NCBI GenBank assembly: GCA_964016885.1
Contig: OZ024741.1
Span: 204,972,001-205,036,000, forward strand
Direction: 5' to 3'
Source: Eledone cirrhosa
Taxonomy: Eukaryota
Length of the DNA: 64,000 nt
Shown here: positions 25,590-37,336 of the stretch, in pieces
How the letters are laid out: each line of letters begins with the position of its first letter
Position numbering within the stretch: the stretch's first letter is position 1
Program-made: the position numbers and the translations under genes
The notes under the pieces: model-generated
What the model was told of the DNA's origin: nothing
Databases searched by the model: none
What the model saw: the letters and a program-made list of their open reading frames with translations, nothing else

Positions 25590-26872
25590 GGAAATGAAGC
25601 CTCCCTGGTTAAATCTATGCTTGCTAAGTATCTGGCAAAGAGGTTTGGGGATATTTTAAATCCAAGCTAACTGACGAATAGTGTGGTTTTCACTTCAGAT
25701 ACAGCACAGTCAACCAAATATTCATACTATGACAAGTCTTTGAAAAATCAAGGGAGTATTGCCAAGAGGTGTATGCTTGTTTCGTAGATCTCAAAAAGGT
25801 ATATAAGTTTGTTCCACAGGACTTGTTCTGCAAGAACATGGGATCAATGGACAGCTTCTTGTTACCCTGATGTCTCTATATGATTACCTTAGTATTTGTG
25901 TTCAGATAAATGGTTCTAAGTTGAAACCATTCAATGTGGGTGTTGGACTCCGCCAAGGGTGTGTACTGTCACCTCTCCTGTTCATAATCTTCATGAACAG
26001 GATTGATATGTGCAGCCAAGAAGTGGTATCAAGATTGGTAGAAGTGATATCAAGATTGGTGGGTGTAGGATCAGTTAGCTGGAATCTGCAGGCAACATAG
26101 TACTACTTAACTTGTCAGAAGGTGATCTGTGACATGCACTTGGTAGGTTTGTAGTAGAGTGCTGCAGTGCAGGAATGAAAATCATTGCTGTGAAGTCTGA
26201 GACACTTATACTCTCAAGGAAGCCAGTGCAGTACACTCTGCATGTGAATGGAGTTCCACTGAAGCAGGTGGAGAAGTTCAAGTATCTTGGGGCTGTTTTC
26301 ATGAGTGATGGAAGGCAGGCAGCTGAATTAAATGCAAGAATTGCAGGAGCTGGTGCAGTAATACACCAGCTTTAGTACTCAGTCATCAGAAGAATGGAGA
26401 TAGGTATAAAAGTCAAACTTGCTATCTTCAATTCAGTATTTTTGCCTACTCTTACCTATAGTCATCAACTTTGGGTAATGACTGAAAGAATATGATTGCG
26501 AACACAAACAGCCAAAATTGGGTTCCTCTAAAGAATCTTTGGAGTAACATTACTTGATAGAGTGCATAATTCAGAGATCAGGGTGTTACTCCAAGTAAAG
26601 CTGCTACTTCTCCGAATTGAGAAAAAACAGCTCTGATACTATGAACATGTTGGTTAGAATGTCTCAGGAAAGAATTGCTGGACAGATTTTGAGTAAAACC
26701 AACTGACAGGAGACCCAGAAGTAGACTACGAGCAAGATGCTGGGATAACACCCATCAGCTCAGTTAGCTTTGCTTGTGGATCCAGCCAGATTAGCTGGAG
26801 ATGGTTGCTTTTGACAGGACCCACTGGAAGGCATGTTTGAGTACTCTGCCTTCCAGAAATAAGTGGGTGAAG
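25590..26872 (+). mobile_element. RTE (Expander-like) LINE 3' half, degenerate
   Basis: ACFVDLKK, GLRQGCVLSPLLF, QVEKFKYLG and LTYSHQLWVMTER. Confidence 0.85.
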
Positions 26873-27261
26873 AGATCATAAATTTAGAGGATTTTAAGAA
26901 AATAGCTAACTTTTTCATTATTAAGTAAATATTTGGAACATTACTTTAACAAAAATTCTTATATAAAATTATAATATTAAGACGAAACATTTTAAAATGG
27001 ACAGTTTTGTATCATTTTGGGTTAAAATCAGAATATTGGGAATTTCAAAATAATATAAAGAAATTATCTAGAAAACACATACTCCTCCCCCTGGCCAGTA
27101 GCTCTTTTTTTTATAACAATTGACACATCCTGCATCCAAGAACTGCAGGCTTTATTCCTTGCTGGTACCATCTCCAGGGGTACTTTGCCCAATTTTCTCA
27201 ACTATTATTTATAATGGTTAACTATAATTATTGTTGTTAGAAATTACATCAATTCTTATAA

Positions 27262-28380
27262 TACTCAGCAACTATAGAGGCATCAGTTGTACGCAAATTA
27301 CAGCAAAGACTTACAATAGGATGATGCTGAGTAGGATCAAACCAAATATTGACAACATTCTACATTCCAGCCAAAATGGATTTCTGCCATTTCGCTCTAC
27401 TGTCTCACACATCTTGACTCTAAGAAGGATTGTTGAGAAAGTACAAAATCACAATGAGGCAGCAATTGTATTTATAGATTTCAAGAAGGCTTTTGATTCG
27501 ATTGACTGAAAGATGCTCAAAATCCTTCTTACTTATAGGATACTCCATCAGATCGTGAATGAAATTAAAGTCGTCTATGAGAATATTTCAGTATTTGTGA
27601 TGGCACTTGAGGGAAACTCAGACTTATTCCTCCAGGCAGATCCTCTGGCTCCTTTCCTTTATGTGATATGCCTTGATTATGCACTGTGTAATGCCATAGC
27701 ACCATCAGATAGAATAATGCTGAAAAGTCAGCAAAGCAGCCAAGCAGCCATCTGGAGGAAGTTCTACCTGAAATGGTTTACGCAAATGACATAGCTCTCC
27801 TCGAAAACACTTGCAAAGAAGCTGAGGAAGTGCTACACAGAGTGGAAGTTGCAGAACAGTCCACTGGACTCTTCTTGAATGCTGGCAAAACAAAAATCAA
27901 GCACCTCAGTGCAATGTCAAATAAACAAATGCATGCGCTGGATGTTTCGGGGATTGAGGAAGTTGATGACTTCTTCTATCTCAGCAGTTTTGTGAACAGA
28001 GCACAATGTGTACACCAGGATAGGTAAGAAGGGGGGGGGAGTGGCTCTCAACTCATTATCAAAGGATGGGTGTCTCCAATCAAGAAAACCACAAAAAGGA
28101 GACTAGTCAAAGCAACGGGTGAGTCATGGACACTGACAAAAACACTCGCAAAGAGGATTGATGGCACATTCCCCCAGATGCTGAGAAAGGTCCAGAACAT
28201 GTCCTGGAGAACTCACGTGGCAAAGAAATCGCTCTACAGCTCACACCTTCGCCTTTCTGACATCATAAGGTGTAGGAGGCACACATAGCCGGACATGTGA
28301 AACATCACAATGAACCTTCTGGCAGAGTTCTTTTCTGGAAACCTAATGCGTGCAGGCGAGTTGGGAGACCAACCATTGGG
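27262..28380 (+). mobile_element. RTE-group (Proto2-like) LINE RT fragment
   Basis: NYRGIS..TAKTYNRM, QNGF..RST..HILTLRRI, IDFKKAFDSID, LQADPLAPFL and YANDIAL. Confidence 0.75.
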
Positions 28381-29329
28381 TTGAGGAGGGGAAGAAGAAG
28401 ACGAAGTTTCTAATTCTATCCCATATTATATCACTTTGAATTATCTGACTTCAGATTTTCTTATGCTTCCTTTTATCACCATTACGCATTACTTATATCA
28501 AGTTCGATCGATTAAAATTAAAATTATTAACTCTTAAGATCCTATAATGATTTATCAAAAAATACCTAAAAATGGGTTTGTTAATTCAAATGTTTATAGT
28601 AATGTAAACATTTTCAGTAAACCAATGTAAACACTTTAATTTTTAATGTGATGTAATCTTAGTGCTGTTTTGTACTTTTTAAGAATTTCTTATTAATGCG
28701 ATTTCGTGTGGTAGAGGATGTTATAGAATAAACTTTACTTGAATTTACAATAATAATACTCCTACCACCAAGATTCCAAAAGAATATGTATTATATGGCA
28801 TGTAATAACAGTTTGATATACAAAGCAATCAGAACTGTCTTGTCGTTATGGAATATCAGTGTGTGACCCGTGACCTACTAGATTATTAGGAACTCTTCCG
28901 GAATTTTCTGCAGACCATTATTTAACGGATTAGACAGATTAAAATAAAAAGAAGATAGAATTAATAATTTAATCATGTGCAACGTGCACGTATTTGGTTT
29001 TGCTGAAATAATTTTAAAATCTGTTTACATGTATATATAATTTAAAACGCAAAAGAAACCTCTTTTTTGTCAATATATTGATCCGTCTGCTTTGATTGGG
29101 ACATTTTTTAATACACGTGACACGATAAATTAATGAAACCGAGGTACGATATGGTTATTAAATGTTGTCACTTGTCAACAAAATAGATCCGCTCAATATT
29201 TTCTGAAAATCAATAGCAAAACTTTTAGAATTAACACTTTTGCACGCTTGGTCCATTATATAGGAAGGTAAATATATTCTGTCCGTGAATATTCTCAGTA
29301 TTTATCCACTGCCGTTATTCCAGTTTGTA

Positions 29330-29546
29330 ATAGACCGGCGAGTCACACGTAACCGGGTTTTATTATGGGAATCCTACTCTAACGGAAGTCAGCGTAGGAA
29401 TTAAAGGTAGATGGAAGCGAGGCAGCAGCAGCAGGAAGAAGCCGGTATTCGTTGCCAGTTTTTACTGAAATCTCCTTCACGTTGGAGAAGTCGCCTGCTA
29501 TTATTTATACATCAAGTCACAGTCTGACAGCAGGATAACTACGAAG
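29330..29546 (+). promoter_or_regulatory. Putative promoter and non-coding first exon of the DPP8/9 gene
   Basis: Repeat-poor, CpG-retaining region (~28.8-31.3 kb); ETS motif CGGAAGT at 29383-29389; donor AAG|GTTTGT at 29546/29547; the coding exon at 42029 begins with an acceptor and so needs an upstream exon. Confidence 0.5.
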
Positions 29547-29635
29547 GTTTGTTTCTCTACATATCTTTATCATTCCCCCCACACCATGACTTGGAATTAT
29601 CTAATGGACTTTGTTATACATATATATATATACAC

Positions 29636-29669
<34 letters not shown>

Positions 29670-32600
29670 GTGTGTTAACTTCCATCGGCTGATGGGACAC
29701 AAGTCTATGTTGGTGTGTGGATTATCTCTTATAATTAAATAGGAATTTATTTGTGTAAGATTCAGTTGCAATATATATGTATTGCATTTATTTTCTACGC
29801 ATAGGATTAAAAATGCACCGAGATAAATATCTTTTCGTTTTGACAATTCTTTCCTAAAAACAAAATAAAAAAGTCACTCAACATTGTTGTCATTCCTTGT
29901 TTCACCTGTTGACTTCAGTTTAGCACTCCTTCACTGATGGGCATGTCATTGGTTTTTTGTAACCTTCAGTTTTGTTTTACTACAAATAGCTCCTCTTCGC
30001 ACACATAGCGATATACATATATCCCAGCACGACTTATATTATTACGTTAGACAAAGCCTCTTGAATGCAATTCTCAGGAAATGGACACATGCCTTACTGC
30101 CTGCCCGTCCGTCTTTGAAGAATACATTGTCCTCTGTCAGAATGTTCTAGTTTACTTTGATTCCATTGTTTCATTCTACTTTTTTTTTTTATACATCATA
30201 CTTTCTATCTAAAAGTCTTCGTTTTGAAACAAACTATCGAATTGCTTTAGTTTTGTGTTAAGTGGTGTCTCAAGCCAAACTTCATGTACACAGTTCTAAT
30301 ATAGACATTTTATGAGGATCTCGTTTTTATCTCTTTGTTGTTATGGGTTTTCAAGTTAGAATTAGAATAACAGAAAAGTTATTGAATTTGTTAACAAAGT
30401 TTTGTGTATGTGTACTAGTTATTAATTTACAATATATATAACTTGGCTTTTTTTAAATTCGCTGTTCCGAACCTAATTAATGTAATTTACAAGGGACGGT
30501 AGTAGTGGTAATATTTCAAATAGCTGTCGAATGTGGAGAAAATATTGAGTTAAAATGAAGAGCTTCTACCCCGAAGGATCCTATTTATTTTACTTTGACT
30601 AACTTCTGTTACTTCTAGATTTTAATATTATTAAAATTATAAATGCTTTCGGCACAACTGGCGAACTTTGGTTCCATAGGTTGACGAGCAGGATGAATCT
30701 TATGGAAGAATTTCAGATATAATCGAGTTTGTAAATATTTTCGTTTTGGAACTGTGAAGATGAAACTAAAATCAGCAAAAAATATGTTCTCTATTGAAAT
30801 ATCACCCCAAGTGTAGTTACTTCTGTCATTTCTCGTTAGTACAAGTTGCAGTTAGGGCGCTGGCGACGCAAAACTAACCTGCTTTAAAGATGTCGTGCAT
30901 TACTAACTAAAGTTGTTAGTTTGTCACGTTACTTCAAAAATATTTATTGCTTTTATAATATGCGTTTGTATTAAAAAACAAAAAAACAACTATTTGTTGA
31001 AAGTATATTCGATAAAATAGAGGCCTTCCATAATGAGAGTATTTACAATCTCGAGTATATCTCTGCTATCCTTCACGGGATCAATATTCGCCAGTTGTAC
31101 TATACTTTCTGTTTAGAAACACGAGCAGCTGTTTACACTTCACAAGCCTCAAGTGCGTCTTGCGGTGTGTGTATGTTTGGAGGCAAGTACTCTTATCGTA
31201 TGACATCAATTTCAATCTCTGGTATGCCTCCAGACTATGAAAAAATATGCTTGATCGATAATATATTCAACCGCTAACCCATCATCGTGTTTTGTCTTCT
31301 CTCTTATTCCTGCGTCACTGCTGAGAATCAGACGATTATATCCTCACTCCCAACCTGCACTGATTTTCTTTTCTCCACTTCATACCAGTCATTTCTACCT
31401 ATCACTGGTTGTATGTAGAACTCCCCACTTTATTCCCATAAAGCCAGCCCCACAATAAGCCAACTCTCAATACCCTGAACTTGAAATTAAGCACATCAGT
31501 CTCCTCACACTTTACTCGTTTGAGTGGGGCCCTTGTAGCTTGCAGGCCAGTCCTTTTTTGTTATATAAAAAAAGTATAGATAACAGGCACTGGAAGATGT
31601 CTACTGAATTTTTTTTCTTTAGAATGAAATGTTTACTTTAGATGTAATTATCTTTGACAAACCTTAACATATTTCAGCCTCTACCATTTACTTTCCTCCT
31701 TTGTCATAAAATTTGATATACTGATGCTTGTGTGTGTGTACTTTACATTTTTACTTTGTCTTTGTAAAAAATGACATTGCACTTAAAACAGCATGCATGC
31801 ACATGCTGCAATTAAGTGTAAAGTTTAACTACAGCTGTATATTAAAGTATTTGTTATCTTCGTAAAGCATTTATTTCTAATGTGTTCCTTATTTGACATT
31901 CCAGCTTTTTACAGTAGTGTAAATTCTGTTAAAAAAATTTCAAGTGGTGAAATGAGATAATTTATGTCACTGATAAATATTTCTTGTAAATAATACTTTA
32001 ATTTCAACAAATCAGCAGCAACTGCAGACATTTTAAAATAATTTTTCCTTGCTAAAGTAGGGGTGAACCATGCATGCCCCATGAAAAGCTTCATATTCAT
32101 CATGGATGCTTTTTGGAATCAATGTTTTACAGCTGGATGTGCTTCCTGAGGCCAACTCTTTTAGTTGCCCATTATGAAACAAAACATTTACCTGTTCTAA
32201 ACCAGATGCACATAACATGAATATAGTGGCTGAAAAATATACAACTTTCAGTCAAGAAAAATATGGTTATCTTTTAAGGCTAGCTCCACAATCTGGCTCC
32301 TGCTACCCCACTCAGCAAACGTGATGTAACCCTACCCCTATCACTGCCTTCCCTGTCTGGCCAAGGGCACAGTTATCACCCTAGTGTTGTAATGATATAG
32401 TACTTGTGTCATGATAAAATGCACTCAGCCAATTCTGTAAAGTGGTTGTGCTGGTGCCATGATAAAATGCTCCTAGTACATGCTGCAAAATGTTAGGAAC
32501 AGCATCTAACTGTAGAAACCATGCCATATATGGAACATATCAGCTAAATATGGTCATCTGGCCTATCTAGTCTTAGAATGTGACAACCTGTCTAGCCCAT

Positions 32601-33034
32601 GCAAGCATGGATAATAGATCTTAAATGGTGATGATGATGTGTGGTTATGAAAAAGTGTCTGTAAAACTGATGGTGGCATGGATTGGATGGGTCCCAGAAC
32701 ATCATGCCACCTGTCATAGGCAGTCCTTTGTCATTTAGCACATACAGCAACAAAATATTGATCAATGATCAACTTTATTGTTGGGCATGTCATGTTTACC
32801 AGGGCATGGTGTTTAGAATCAAATGTGAGGGATTTATGAGATGGATGAAGACCAGTAATACTTATTCACCCTATCGTTTAGGAAGTAGCATGCCACCTTC
32901 GCTGAACCTTATATATGTGTAGATATATTTATATGTATGTATAATATACCCATGCTAGCATGGAAGATAGACGTTAAACGATGATGATGATGATATTTGT
33001 ATGTGTGTGTAAGTGTATATATATATATATTTTA

Positions 33035-33495
33035 AAATTCTTAGAAAATGTAGAAATCTCAAATAAAGAAAATAATTGTAATCATGGTCGATTGCTGTAA
33101 ATAATTTAGAAAGTAGGTAAAGTACTTCTATAGACAGAAAAAAGTGGCCAGCAGCTACTGCGAAGAATTGAACTCCATACCTTTCAAATTCCAGCCGAAC
33201 ACTCTAAACATTTGAGCTAAATGACCCCCGACAACAACTGTCTTAAATAGAAAGCTAAATGAGCAGCTTTCATGTAAACTGCAATTTAAAAATAAACTAT
33301 TGGATTGTTGAGTAGATTGAAATTCTTAGAAAATGTAGAAATCATAAACATTGAAAATAACTCTAACCACAGTTGATTGCTATAAATAATAGCTATGAAA
33401 ATTGAAGCTGTTTGGTTATTTTACACGATTTTCAAAGCTGTTATTTATAGCAATCAACTATTTTCTACATTTGAGATTTCTACATTTTCTAAGGA
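33035..33495. repeat. Direct + inverted ~75-bp repeat enclosing a tRNA-like segment
   Basis: aaattcttagaaaatgtagaaatc...attgct(g/a)taaataat at 33035 and 33321, inverted at ~33430-33495; minus-strand A/B boxes (tagctcaaatg, ggagttcaattc) at 33151-33231. Confidence 0.65.
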
Positions 33496-34068
33496 GGATA
33501 CCAGAAAGGAAATAGAGGAAGACTGAAAGTTTTAATGGAGTGGGAGTGGAACAGTTAAAGATAAGTGTTCAAAATTAGGACATTGTCATTTTCCCTTTCA
33601 AGTAATTACAAACAAATAAAATTGATAACCCTCTTGAGTATAATTAAGTGAAAATAATGCGAATAGATGAACATGACATTTGACAAAGGGTTAATATTAT
33701 TCTCTCCTTTTTTTCTTTCTATTTCTCAGTCATTTCTCACTCATTTCTGTATTTATTTATTTGTGTGTGTGAGTGTACAGATACGTATAAATTCATATAT
33801 GTGAAAAATGTGTTTGCTTACAGTTGGTGTATTGATATATGAATTCATATATAATGTAGTTTTGTATGTATTGGATATTAAATGATGTTTATGTTAAATA
33901 TGTTAATGTTGTGTGGTGATTGTGAAGAACAGATTTATATAAATCATTGTGACACATTTTGAGTGCCATGAGTTTTTTTTTTAGGCAAGTTGGAAAATGT
34001 TAGAATATGTAGAAAGCTGGTAATTGGATCATAAAGATTCTTACATAAAATTTTTAAGATTAAGTATT

Positions 34069-34250
34069 TTAACCCTTTAGCATTTACATTATATATACTG
34101 TTGTATTTTCGCGGTAAAGGCTTTATCTTACATAATATCGAATCTATGAGATTTCAATGTTATTTATTTTGAGAACAATACTTTAATATCAGTATGTTTG
34201 AACAGAAAGAGATGAGAGAATTCTGGCCAGTTTAAATGCTAAAGGGTTAA
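34069..34250 (-). mobile_element. piggyBac-type MITE (family A)
   Basis: TTAA-ccctttagcattta ... taaatgctaaaggg-TTAA inverted ends. Confidence 0.85.
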
Positions 34251-34384
34251 ATAAACAAACTCTCTAAAATAAAGTTTTGTATCATAGAATCAGGAGCAGT
34301 GTCAAGCAGTTTGGTATCGAAAAGGTTAAGGTTGAAGGCTCTTAACACAAACCATTCTGTTATAATGTAATATGATGGATTGAC

Positions 34385-34535
34385 AGTATGTTCTGGTGCT
34401 TTACTTTCTGGGTTCAAATCCAACTGAGGTCAACTTTGCCTTTCTTCATTAAAGGGTCAATAAAATAAAGTACCACTCAAGTACTGGAGTCAATTTAATT
34501 GACATCCCAGTTGCTGGTCTTCTGCCTAAATTATA
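34385..34535 (+). mobile_element. tRNA-derived SINE (Nin-domain-like), partial
   Basis: gggttcaaatcc...aactttgcctttc...gggtcaataaaataaagtacc. Confidence 0.7.
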
Positions 34536-35319
34536 ATGTATTTGTTTTGAATCTACAATACACTGAATTAGGTCATTAAAGTGTTACAACACTATTAAAA
34601 TTGATTTAAAACAATGTCTATATGAAGTCATACATCAATACACCAAATGTATGCACATATATTACTAAAACCCTCCAACTTATCTTCAAAATTATTTGTC
34701 ATTCATTATTGTCATTCATTAAAAAGATGGTAATGAAACGTTAAACCACAGATCTTTGAAAATAAGGCACGAATATGATGCAGTGGATCTGCAGATAAAC
34801 TTCTACATACTCATCAAACCCACATCAACTAGCTACGAAATATTGCCTTGATGCTCAAATTACATAGAGCCAATATATAAGTGGTAACTTCAGTGTATAC
34901 CAATTAGGGACAAAGAACAATGCCTTTATAAGTGGTCCAATTCAATCCAGTTCTTTAAGATGCAAGGCATAAATGTGTGTGTGTGTGTGTGTTGTTTTTT
35001 CCTTTACATTGAAGACCTATTTCCCATAATACAACACAACCAAGTAGGTTACACAGAGCAAGATTAATAGCACAAAACAGCTTGTTTTTATTATTATAGA
35101 CACAGAAACATCATAATGAATTTGTTGTTTGTTTTTCTTGATAATAAAAAGCAATTATGAAAAAAAAAAAAAATGTTTGGTGTGGTCATAATTTGAAATT
35201 GTAATCACTTTCAGATGAATCTTAAACTGTTTCAAGTGGGAGTTGTTTCTTGTCTATTAAATTTTAAGATTATTTTTTAGTTAGACCCGAGAAAAGGTTC
35301 AGTTTGGAAGGATAATATA

Positions 35320-35542
35320 TTAACCCTTTCATTACCGTATTTCTAATGAAACTCTTTCAAATCATTTTGAAAATAGAGAATTTGGAGGGATTTCTCATTA
35401 TTAAGCTGCTGTTTGGAACACAACTTAAAACATACGAAATTATGATGGAAGATGTTTAGATGAAGATGAATATTTGAAAAATTAAACAGCATAATATTGT
35501 AGAACCTGGGCAGTTTCAGGTGATTTGGTATCAAAGAGGTTT
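35320..35542 (+). mobile_element. piggyBac-type MITE (family B)
   Basis: ttaaccctttcattacc ... ggtatcaaagaggttt; homologous to 7307, 57.7-57.9 kb and 59337 copies. Confidence 0.65.
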
Positions 35543-35747
35543 AGAAACTATTGCTGGCTTTAAAATATTTAACATGACTAGTGTGTTACCCATCATATAA
35601 TGTGTAATTTTGAAAGTATATTTTGCCACTGAACATGTAACAAATGTTTTATCAAATATAAAATAATGAAATGAACATTAATTTTTAAAATAAGAATATA
35701 TAAAACAAATAAATACTATAATTCACTATTGATGGCTACTTTTGGTT

Positions 35748-35947
35748 TAACCCTTTAGCATTTAAACCAGCTATATCCAGTCAGAATTCTCGCACCTCTT
35801 TCTGTTCAAACTGGCCACTCATAATGATGTTATGGTATTGTTCTCAAAATAAATATCAGAATCTCGTAGATTCAACATTGGGAGATAAAGCCGTAGACGC
35901 AAAAATATAATAGTAAATATTGAGTATTGTAAATACTCATAGGTTAA
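35748..35947 (+). mobile_element. piggyBac-type MITE (family A)
   Basis: ttaaccctttagcatttaaa...aggttaa; internal similarity to 15992 and 34069 copies. Confidence 0.75.
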
Positions 35948-36309
35948 AGGATTCATCACATTGCACATGATCAAACTCTACACATATTAAAGAAAATGAT
36001 GATTTGAGAAAAAAGAAAGAAAAGAAATTGAGAAATGGAAAAAGAAAGGTGGAAGAAAAATGTTTTGTACAAACATTAAAAGCATTATCTTTTTGTTAAT
36101 AAATTCCTATATTAAAAAAAATATATTAGTTTGCACCCCTCCCTCTATATATGTTATTTAATTTGGCATGGATGTTTTTAGCATCCCAAGGGCGATGGAC
36201 AAACAGAAAATATACTATAAATTGATAAATTGTGTATTACCACAAAATTGATTAAAAAAAAAAAATGTAATATTTTGATTACAAATGTATCATCATACTA
36301 ATAATATTA

Positions 36310-36540
36310 GGAATGAAAGGCTCGCAGTATGATGCCTGTATGTGAAGTATGATGTTATATGGAAGTGAAATATGGGCTGTAAATGGAAGGGATATACAAG
36401 GGCTGGATGTATTGTGTTAATGGGCATGGATGGCAAAGCATAGATGAGCTGAAAGAAAATCTAGGTATAAGAAGAATCAAATGTAATGTGCAGGAGAGAA
36501 GACTGTGCTGGTATGGACATGTGATGCATATTGATGATTT
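36310..36540 (+). mobile_element. RTE-PHD family RT C-terminal fragment
   Basis: DELKENLGIRRIKCNVQERRLCWYGHVM. Confidence 0.8.
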
Positions 36541-36943
36541 CACCAATTTCTCATTGCTACTACAAACCCTGATTGAAACATAACTTCCCCTACTCAATAC
36601 ACATCTATTTTTTCTATATTATTAAATTATATTGTCGGCATATAAAAATGAATATCATAATATTAACTGGTATCCAAACTGAGATATTTAAAATTTCTTT
36701 ATGATTACAAACTAAATTATTTAAAAAAAAAATAGTTTGTAGCACATCTCATTAAATAAAGTTGAAGAAAAACATTTAGCAAAATTGTTTTCAAAATGAA
36801 GAAAAAAAGCAAAGCATAAAGGAAGTTTATTTTAGCACTCCTTAGCATGCAAGGTTATTTATTCCACAACTGAAATAAAAGTAGGTTTGTTTTGGTATTT
36901 TTCTTAACTTCCAATGAAATGGGCCTAGTTACAAGCTATCTCA

Positions 36944-37095
36944 GGCAGCTGATTGGCAGAGCCATTAGAACATTGGATAGAATAATCCACAGTATTTGCT
37001 CTAGCTCTCTGCCGACTGAGTTCAAATCCCGCTTTGCCTTTCATCCTTTTGAGGTTGATTAAAAAAAAATGTACAAGTCAAGTACCGGGGTCTAT
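36944..37095 (+). mobile_element. tRNA-derived SINE (Nin-domain-like)
   Basis: ggcagctgattggcaga...gagttcaaatcccgctttgcctttcatcc. Confidence 0.7.
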
Positions 37096-37336
37096 TCTTT
37101 TATCTCTCCTCCTCACATCTTTCTCACTTTCCCTCTCACTTTCCTTCTCTGGAAGAAATTGTATGTGTTCAGACTTGGAGAGGGGATAGGCTCTACAAGG
37201 TTTAAAATGCCTAAGAAATACTGTATGTCCCGATGGTGCCCCTACAACTTAATTAGGAGTTTCAGATCCACACACATATGTATATGTGTGTATAGATATC
37301 TTCTGTATAGATAAGGTACATGTATAGAGATAAATC

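Noticed and set aside
33151-33231. Functional tRNA gene
   Set aside because: The acceptor stem cannot be formed convincingly; treated as a SINE-like head, as are the other tRNA-like heads in the window
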